A DNA stretch of 34,822 bases from an uncultured Actinomycetes bacterium (GTDB lineage: Bacteria; Actinomycetota; Thermoleophilia; UBA2241), in NCBI GenBank assembly GCA_963755025.1, contig CAVWIH010000003.1, positions 1-34,822 on the forward strand, read 5' to 3'. Below the pieces are notes generated by a model. It was not told the DNA's origin and ran no database searches. It saw only the letters and a list, made by a program, of their open reading frames with translations. This document shows positions 28,353 to 34,822 of this stretch, in pieces; the first letter of the stretch is position 1, and every line of letters begins with the position of its first letter. A program made the translations under genes and the position numbers.

Positions 28353-29242
28353 AGCGCCTGGCCTTCGCGTGCTGCCATCGCCGACTCGCGCGCCGCCGAA
28401 GTCGCGGCCGACTCGGCCGCCGGCGCGGCGCCGCCCAGGTCGGGCAGGCGGTCGAGCTCGCCGATGGCCTGCGCCCGGCGGTAGAACTCGGCGAGACCGC
28501 GGCGGTAGTCGTCGGGAAAGCCGTACTTGAGCTGGTCGAAGTAGTGATCGAGGTAGGCGGCGCTGAAGTCGCAGAGCTGCGCCGCCGCCGCGGCGGTCTC
28601 GAGGTGGTGGGCGGCGCAGCGGTCGCGCGAGGCGACCAGCGCCGCTTCGATGGCGCGCGCCTCGTCGCCGCGTTCGTCGAGAAAGTCGCGGCGCACCGCG
28701 CAGACCGCGTAGACCATGGGCAGGCCGGTGACGAGGCGCCACTCCTCGCCCAGGTCGTAGCTGTAGGGGTAGACGCCGGCGCGCAGAATGTGGAGCGCCT
28801 CGTCGCCGATCAGCAGCAGGCCGCCGAAGTTGGCGAGCGCCTGGGCCAGCGGACCCTGACGGGCGCCGTACGAAGGCGCCATGCCCCACTCGTCGCAGAG
28901 CACCTTGAGCAGGCACACCGAGGTGGCGCTCTTCTCGGTCAGGGCGATGCTTTCGACCTGCGCGCGCGGCAGCTGGGTGAAGAGCTGGATCGAATCGACG
29001 GCGCCGAACGAGCTGATCGAGATGCCGGGCAGCAGCGCCAGCTTGTCGGCGTGACGGGCGAACTCGATCGACGAGGGCAGGGCAACGTCGATCTCGCCGG
29101 CGACGAGCAGCCGGTTGAGCTCGGACGGCGGCCCTTCGACGATCTCTGCCTCGTAGCCCAGCCGCGAGAGCTCCTCGACGAAGTGGTAGTAGAGCGGGAA
29201 GCAGTTGACGAACTCGATGCGTCCGACGCGGGCGACTCTCAC
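28349..29242 (-). CDS. mqnA: Chorismate dehydratase MqnA
   Basis: VGRIEFVNCFP, PSELN, GAVDSI, SATS, LLIGDEAL, DLGEEW..TGLPMVYAV; GTGA overlap with the mqnE stop. Confidence 0.9.
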   Translation of the reverse strand: MRVARVGRIEFVNCFPLYYHFVEELSRLGYEAEIVEGPPSELNRLLVAGEIDVALPSSIEFARHADKLALLPGISISSFGAVDSIQLFTQLPRAQVESIALTEKSATSVCLLKVLCDEWGMAPSYGARQGPLAQALANFGGLLLIGDEALHILRAGVYPYSYDLGEEWRLVTGLPMVYAVCAVRRDFLDERGDEARAIEAALVASRDRCAAHHLETAAAAAQLCDFSAAYLDHYFDQLKYGFPDDYRRGLAEFYRRAQAIGELDRLPDLGGAAPAAESAATSAARESAMAAREGQAL

Positions 29243-30372
29243 CTGGGCGCTCCGTCGTCGTAGCGGCGCACCACGTTGTAGAGCGTGTCGCGCTCGACCG
29301 GCACGCGCCCGGCGCCGCGGATGACGCGCACGAGCTCGTCGCGGGTGAGCTCCTGGCCGGTCTCCACGCCGGCAGCGTGGCTGATCTTCTCTTCGACCAC
29401 GGTGCCGTCGAGGTCGTTGACGCCGAACGACAGCGAGACCTGGGCGAGCTTGAGGCCGACGTTGATCCAGAAGGCCTTGACGTGGCGGAAGTTGTCGAGC
29501 ACGAGGCGCCCGGCGGCGAGCACCCTGAGGTCGTCGAAGCCGGTCGGTCCGGGCAGCTCGGAGAGGCCCGTGTTGGCCGGCTGAAACGAGAGCGGGATGA
29601 AGGCGTTGAAGCCGCCCGACTCGTCTTGCAGCTCGCGCAGGCGCAGCAGGTGGTCGGCGAGCTCGTCGGGCGTCTCGACGTGGCCGTAGAGCATGGTGGC
29701 GTTGGAGCGCAGCCCCACGCCGTGGGCGATGCGCATGACCTCGAGCCACTCGTCGCCCGAGATCTTGCGCTCGCAGATCAGGTCGCGCACGCGGCCGCTG
29801 AAGACCTCGGCGCCGCCGCCGGGCAGCGAGCCCAGGCCGGCCTCTTTGAGCTGGCGCAGCGTCTCCTGCACGCCGAGGCCGCTGACGCGCCCCAGGTGGG
29901 CGATCTCGCTGGCCGTGAAGGCCTGGATGTGGACGTCGGGAGCGAGCTCCTTGAGGCCGCGCATCATCTCGAGGTAGTAGTCGAAGGGCAGGTCGGGGTG
30001 CTCGCCGCCCACGATGTGGATCTCGGTGATGCCGCCGGTCAGGGTCTCGCGCGCCTTGTCGAGCACTTGGTCGACCGACAGCGTGAAGGCGTCGGCGTCG
30101 CCGTCGTCGTGGCTGAAGGCGCAGAACAGGCAGCGGTTGCGGCACACGTTGGTGTGGTTGATGTGGCGGTTGGCGATGAAGTAGACGTCGTCGCCGACGG
30201 CGCGGCGGCGCACGTAGTCGGCCAGCGCGCCGATGGCGATCAGGTCGGAGCTGGTGAGCACGTCGCGGGCATCGGCGGCCGACAGGCGCCGCCCGTCGAG
30301 CACCTTGTCCCACACGTGCGAGAGGCCGGCGCGCCGGCTCAGCAGGTCGATCTGTCGTTCGTCTAAGCTCAT
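29239..30372 (-). CDS. mqnE: Aminofutalosine synthase MqnE (radical SAM)
   Basis: NRHINHTNVCRNRCLFCAF, HIVGG, SNATMLYGH, HVKAFW, DLDGTVVEEKISHAAG. Confidence 0.92.
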   Translation of the reverse strand: MSLDERQIDLLSRRAGLSHVWDKVLDGRRLSAADARDVLTSSDLIAIGALADYVRRRAVGDDVYFIANRHINHTNVCRNRCLFCAFSHDDGDADAFTLSVDQVLDKARETLTGGITEIHIVGGEHPDLPFDYYLEMMRGLKELAPDVHIQAFTASEIAHLGRVSGLGVQETLRQLKEAGLGSLPGGGAEVFSGRVRDLICERKISGDEWLEVMRIAHGVGLRSNATMLYGHVETPDELADHLLRLRELQDESGGFNAFIPLSFQPANTGLSELPGPTGFDDLRVLAAGRLVLDNFRHVKAFWINVGLKLAQVSLSFGVNDLDGTVVEEKISHAAGVETGQELTRDELVRVIRGAGRVPVERDTLYNVVRRYDDGAPR

Positions 30373-30452
30373 GTCGGCTCGTTTGCGCTCGTGTTCACAG
30401 GTACTCCCAGCGTACCGGCCGCCGGCGTGGCGGTCGACAGTTAGCGATCGGC

Positions 30453-30519
30453 AGGGCAGCGTCGTTCATAGGGTAGCGGCGTTCATAGGGTGGCGGCGTT
30501 CATAGGGTAGCGGCGTTCA
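30453..30519. repeat. 17-bp tandem repeat, three full copies plus partials
   Basis: CGTTCATAGGGTRGCGG at 30463, 30480 and 30497. Confidence 0.85.
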
Positions 30520-30583
30520 CGCGGTGATGCGCAGCGGCGGTCACGTGCTGGCTGCGTGGCGACGTTCACGTGGCCCAAGCGGT

Positions 30584-31567
30584 TCAACTGTAGCGGTCGA
30601 CCATCGAGCCGGCGAGCTCGTCGAGCAGCTCCCGCTCGAAGCCGCTCGGACAGGCGGCCAGGCGCCGCCGGGCCTCGTTCATGAAGTCGAGGGCCATGGC
30701 GCGGGCACGCTCTATGGAGCCGCTCTCGCGCACGTCGTCGACCACCCCCTCGAGGCAGGTCTCGTTGTCGCGGCAGGTCAGCAGCCGCGGGCCTATGTCG
30801 GGCCGCGTGGCGATGGCCAGGACGATCGGCAGGGTGACGGTGCCGTCGCGCAGGTCGGCGCCGCGGCGTTTGCCGGTGACGGCCTCGTCGCCGGTCAGGT
30901 CGAGGATGTCGTCGAGCATCTGGAACGACAGGCCGAGCGAGTCGCCGAAGGCGCCCAGGGCCGCGACGGTCTCGTCGCCGAGGCCGCTCATGCGGGCGCC
31001 CAGCCGGCAGGCCGCCGAGAACAGGTCGGCGGTCTTCAGGCGGCAGCGATGCAGGTAGTCGTCGACGGAGACGGTGGTGCGAAAGGCGTCGCCGGCCTGC
31101 AGGCGCTCGCCCTCGGACAGCCCCCAGGCGACCTCGGCGAGCTCCGCCACGGCGGCGGCGTCGCCGCTGCCGGCGAGCTCGGCGAAGGCCTGCGCCAGCA
31201 GGTAGTTGCCCGTCGAGATCGCCATCTGGTCGCCGTAGGTGCGGGCCACGGTCGGCAGGCCGCGGCGCAGCTCGGCGCCGTCGAGCACGTCGTCGTGCAC
31301 GAGGGTCGCCATGTGGAGCAACTCGACCGCGGCGGCGGCGCGGGTGACCGCGCCATCGAGCGGGCCGGTGTTGCGCGCCGCCAGCAGCACGAGCAGCGGG
31401 CGCAGGCGCTTGCCGCCGGCGGCGAGCGTGGAGCTGCCCGCCTCGCCGAGGCGGCCGGGGATCGACGAAACCACCCTCGAGAGGCGCTCCTCGACGGCGG
31501 CCAAGCCGGTGGCCACGCGATGGCGCTGCGCGGCGGAGCGCCACGAGAGCACGTCGGCGGGCTTCAC
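30584..31567 (-). CDS. Polyprenyl diphosphate synthase (HepT/IspB-like)
   Basis: GGKRLRP, ATLVHDDVLD..LRRG, KTA, FQMLDDILD; start uncertain. Confidence 0.9.
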   Translation of the reverse strand: MKPADVLSWRSAAQRHRVATGLAAVEERLSRVVSSIPGRLGEAGSSTLAAGGKRLRPLLVLLAARNTGPLDGAVTRAAAAVELLHMATLVHDDVLDGAELRRGLPTVARTYGDQMAISTGNYLLAQAFAELAGSGDAAAVAELAEVAWGLSEGERLQAGDAFRTTVSVDDYLHRCRLKTADLFSAACRLGARMSGLGDETVAALGAFGDSLGLSFQMLDDILDLTGDEAVTGKRRGADLRDGTVTLPIVLAIATRPDIGPRLLTCRDNETCLEGVVDDVRESGSIERARAMALDFMNEARRRLAACPSGFERELLDELAGSMVDRYS

Positions 31568-31637
31568 GACGGCACCGAGGCGGTCGGACCGACGCCGGCG
31601 CCGGCGAGGCAAGGATCGCGCATCAGTCGGTCGGCCC

Positions 31638-32350
31638 TCACGCCGGCGCCTCGCCCACGTGCAGCGCCATGGCGCCGAAGCCGAACAGGCGGTAGCGCAC
31701 GTGCGTGAGGCCGGCGGCGCTCATGATGGCCGCCAGCCCGTCGGCATTCGGGAACGACCGCACCGAGGCCGGCAGGTAGGCGTAGGCCTCGGCGTCGCCG
31801 GTGACGAGGGCGCCCATGGCGGGCACGACGCGCTCGAACCAGACGCGTGGAAGCGCCGCCCGGCGGCGCCGGCCGGCGTGGTCGCCTCGAGGCACACGAC
31901 CGGCGCTCCCGGCGCGGCCACGCGCACCATCTCGGCGAAGGCCTGCGCGAGGTCGGCCACGTTGCGCACGCCCCAGCCGACGGTGACCGCGCCGAAGCTT
32001 GAGTCGGCGAAGGGCAGCGCCAGCAGGTCGCCGTGCACGAACTCGACGGCGGGCGCCGCGTGGGCCGCCTTGGGGCGGGCGCGATCGAGCATGGCCTGCG
32101 AGAAGTCGAGGCCGGTGACCGCGGTGCCCGGGTAGCGCCGCGCCAGGGCGAGCGTCAGGTCGCCGGTGCCGCAGCAGGCGTCGAGGATGGGCTTACCGGG
32201 CAGCGGCGTGGCGGCGGCGGCAGCCGCGGCGCGCCAGCGGCGGTCGAGCCCGACCGTCATCAGCCGGTTCATGAGGTCGTAGTGCGGCACGATGCGGTCG
32301 AACATCGCCTCGATGCGGGCGGGGTCGCGAGCGGGCCGAGCGTCGCTCAT
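31638..32350 (-). CDS. menG: Demethylmenaquinone methyltransferase MenG/UbiE; frameshift near 31845
   Basis: MFDRIVPHYDLMN, LDACCGTGD, LPFADSSF, GVRNV, then AYAYLPASVRSFP in the next frame. Confidence 0.88.
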
Positions 32351-32956
32351 GTGCGCGCGGCCTTCCCAGGGCCGCGACAGGCGCTGCGCGAAACCCAGCG
32401 CCTGCAGCACCCGGTCGACGACGAAGTCGACCAGGTCGTCGAGGGTGCGCGGCAGCGAGTAGAAGCCGGGCATGGGCGCCACGATGACGGCGCCCGCGCG
32501 GCGCGCTTCGAGCAGGCGCGCGAGGTGGATCTCGGAGAGCGGCGTCTCGCGCGGCACGAGCACGAGCGGCCGGCCCTCTTTGAGGGCGACATCGCCGACG
32601 CGGTGGATGAGGTTGTCGGTGGTGCCGAGCGCGATGTGGGCGACCGTCGACATGGAGCACGGGCAGATGACGGCCGCGTCGGGGAAGTTGCTGCCGCTGG
32701 CCACCGGCGCCTCGAGGTCGCCGGGCGCGAAGACGCGGGCCTCGGCCTGGGCGGCAGCAAGGAAGGCGGCCGTGACACCGGCACGGTCGCGCACGTCGAG
32801 CTCGAGCTCGTGAGCCACGACGGCCACGCCGACCTCGGAGAGGCACAGCGTGAGCTCGCAGCCGGCCGCGGCCAGCACCTGCACCAGCCGCACGGCGTAG
32901 GGCGCGCCGCTGGCGCCGGTGACACCGACGAACAGACTGGCGGGCGGCTGCGTCAT
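32347..32956 (-). CDS. ubiX: Flavin prenyltransferase UbiX; reads in-frame into menG as assembled
   Basis: VGVTGASGAPY, ASGS, PCSMST, DVALKEGRPLVLVPRETPL, PMPGFY. Confidence 0.9.
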
Positions 32957-33026
32957 GAGAGCTCCTTGCTGGCCGGTGACAGTCCCGACGCCCTGCGGCG
33001 TCGGGGAAGCGCTGACAATGCGTCGA

Positions 33027-33068
33027 CCGACTACGTCGTCGCCGCTCAGGCGCGCGTGACTTCGCCGC
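33027..33068 (-). repeat. Third, diverged copy of the 42-bp element
   Basis: 36/42 identical to 7785-7826 by hand alignment. Confidence 0.8.
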
Positions 33069-33354
33069 GGGCCTGATGCCGATCCCTATCCTATCGCGCC
33101 TCCGACGGCGCCGTCCCCGTCGGCACGTGGAGGCATTGGACGCCGCACGTCGAGGCCTGCGGGTCCGTCGGCTGCGGCGGGGCCGGGGGCTCGGGCTCTC
33201 GCTTCGCGAAGCAGAGTACGGCATCTGCGGCTGCGCCGCAGAGAGCGCTCACGCTCAGAGTTCGCCCTCGTCCCCCGACCCCACCTGCGCCGACTCCCTC
33301 ATCCGTCGCGCAGCACACTTCCTAGACCCTCTCTGCAGAAGGGCGTAGGGTCCG

Positions 33355-33392
33355 GAAGGCAGTACGCAGACTGCAGAATCACTGTTAGGTGC
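33355..33392 (+). other. Putative attI-like / first cassette recombination point
   Basis: GTTAGGTGC at 33384-33392 is the exact reverse complement of GCACCTAAC at 33863-33871; no attC hairpin visible upstream. Confidence 0.5.
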
Positions 33393-33397
33393 ACACT

Positions 33398-33870
33398 GTG
33401 GCGTCCGAGAACAACAAGCGACCGCGGCGATCCCTTGCCCCGACCCTGAAGGCGCGCGGTTTCAGGAAGTCGGCCGCGACGTGGCGCAAGTACGGCAGCG
33501 ACGCCATCGTCGTCGTCAACCTGCAAGGCTCCAGTACGGTCCGTCCTTCTACCTGAACCTTGGTGTCTACTTCCGCGCCGTCGGCGCTCGGACGGACCCG
33601 CTCGCATACCACTGCCACATCCGGACTCGCTTGAGCAAGCTAGTGCCGACGGACAGCGTCTCGCTGAACTCCTTGACTTCGAGCAACCCCGTGCCAGATC
33701 ACGTCCGATTCGCGGAGCTCGAGAACCTCCTCGTGGACCACGCCTGCCTTGGCTTGAACTCGTCTCCACGCCCGAGGGGGCGCTCCAGTATGGCCGCTCG
33801 CTTCCCGCTGGATCGGCGTGGGTGACACGGGAGGGGGCGCAAGTTCCTTGGCCTGGCGCGAGGCACCTAA
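33398..33870 (+). pseudogene. Cassette 1: DUF4304-like protein, frameshifted (real decay or sequencing error)
   Basis: LAPTLKARGFRKSAATWRK..IVVVNLQGS / QYGPSFYLNLGVY..CHIRTRL; TAA stop falls inside the attC R'' box. Confidence 0.6.
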
Positions 33871-33966
33871 CACGCGCGTCAACCTGACAAACCGAGGCCC
33901 ACAGAGTGGAGTAGAGTCCGGCGTGGGCAGGGCCTCGCTTTGCAGGTCATGCCCAACACGTTAGCC
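33865..33966 (+). mobile_element. Integron attC site (102 bp)
   Basis: R'' ACCTAAC, R' GTTAGCC; inner arms ACCTG(A)C/GCAGGT with an extrahelical base, and CGAGGCCC/GGGCCTCG. Confidence 0.8.
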
Positions 33967-33987
33967 GGACTTGGAAGGCCGAGTTTT

Positions 33988-34698
33988 TTGACGGATAGGC
34001 ACACAGAGGACCAGCTCGCGGCGCGAACACCTGATGCCGTAGCTACCATCGCAAAGGCCGTTGCGGGCATGACCCCGGTCGTCGGTCCTCTCCTTGCTGA
34101 ACTGATCGGGACGATCGTTCCCGGACAGCGCTCCAGCCGTGTTGCCGAGTTCTGCGTTCAGCTTGACGCTCGCGTTTCGGAGCTCGAGAAGGCGAGCCTC
34201 CAATCGCAGCTCGAAGACCCGGAGTGTTTCAGCCTGGTGGAGGAGGCGCTATTGCAATCAGCTCAGGTCGTTTCCAGCAATCGCCGCGCGCAGATTGCCG
34301 AGCTTGTTGCCCGCAGCCTTACTCTCGGCGAGATGGAGTACGCCGAATCGGAGCACGTACTGGGCACTCTCCGCGAACTCAACGACGTTGAGGTCATCCG
34401 GCTAGGCTCGTATCTCCATCGATCCTACGGCCCAGACGAGTATCGGGACCGTCATAGCGAGGAGTTGGCGTCGGTGTTCGCCAATTACGCTTCACCTCAA
34501 CGCGAAAAGGACAAGTCCGCCCTGCAGCAGAGCTACGACCAACATCTCGAACGCCTGGGACTGCTACGAGTGCGCTACTCCGTCGATATGCAGACCAAGG
34601 CCCCCCGCTTCGACCCACGAACCGGAGCCCAGAAGGTGAGCGGCTACGAACTGACGCCTTTCGGCTCGCTGCTGTTGCGACAGATCGGCGTGGAGTGA
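33988..34698 (+). CDS. Cassette 2: hypothetical protein (about 236 aa)
   Basis: Open frame bounded by attC sites; GGAAGG RBS before TTG 33988; codon usage less GC-biased than host genes. Confidence 0.7.
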   Translation: MTDRHTEDQLAARTPDAVATIAKAVAGMTPVVGPLLAELIGTIVPGQRSSRVAEFCVQLDARVSELEKASLQSQLEDPECFSLVEEALLQSAQVVSSNRRAQIAELVARSLTLGEMEYAESEHVLGTLRELNDVEVIRLGSYLHRSYGPDEYRDRHSEELASVFANYASPQREKDKSALQQSYDQHLERLGLLRVRYSVDMQTKAPRFDPRTGAQKVSGYELTPFGSLLLRQIGVE

Positions 34699-34707
34699 AC
34701 GCAAGCA

Positions 34708-34795
34708 CGGCTTGTGGACAAGCATTTTCAGCAGACTCGTCGAGAGTGCCAAGAGCGGGCGCCTCGCTCGCACCTCAAATGCAGCGACGTTAGCG
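34708..34795 (+). mobile_element. Degenerate second attC site
   Basis: R' GTTAGCG at 34789; GCATTT/AAATGC arms; same 17-nt spacing from AC to ...GAC as attC1, but R'' reads CGGCTTGTGGAC instead of GGCTAAC. Confidence 0.55.
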
Positions 34796-34822
34796 CTACA
34801 GCGCGAGCCGCAGTTGTCTACC

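Noticed and set aside
28349-30313. 654-aa extended MqnA
   Set aside because: The N-terminal part is an alternative frame of mqnE; the real start is GTG 29242
26643-30372. Radical SAM RiPP maturases for the small peptide
   Set aside because: Both are clearly MqnC/MqnE types in a menaquinone operon, with no SPASM or RRE features
30453-30519. CRISPR or iteron array
   Set aside because: Head-to-tail repeats with no spacers and no rep gene nearby
33076-33348. Integrase remnant ORF
   Set aside because: No R-H-R-H-Y tyrosine recombinase motifs recognisable in the listed frames

Overview
High-GC actinobacterial DNA (gene content and style suggest Thermoleophilia; inferred, not tested). Left end: the core translation cluster rpmG-tRNA-Trp-secE-nusG-rplK-rplA-rplJ-rplL on the minus strand, with L1 and L10 leader elements. 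Middle: CPBP protease, MTAP-family phosphorylase, LytM-like protein, CAP protein, DUF1998 helicase, GNAT, TIGR00725-like protein and VanW. Then a visibly less GC-rich block: MalT-like STAND/LuxR regulator, birA, bioY, a membrane HD-GYP protein and an unannotated 25-aa peptide. Then two MFS genes split by an intact IS982-family element, lepB, an APC permease and a futalosine-pathway menaquinone cluster (ubiX-menG-polyprenyl synthase, mqnE-mqnA-GNAT-mqnC). The right end is the start of an integron-type cassette array (attI-like site, two cassettes, attC sites) with no integrase beside it. Best leads: (1) the small peptide plus membrane HD-GYP operon, preceded by a palindrome with the same geometry as the BirA operator of bioY; (2) the cassette array in an actinobacterium. 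Many single-base frameshifts in housekeeping genes point to uncorrected sequencing indels.
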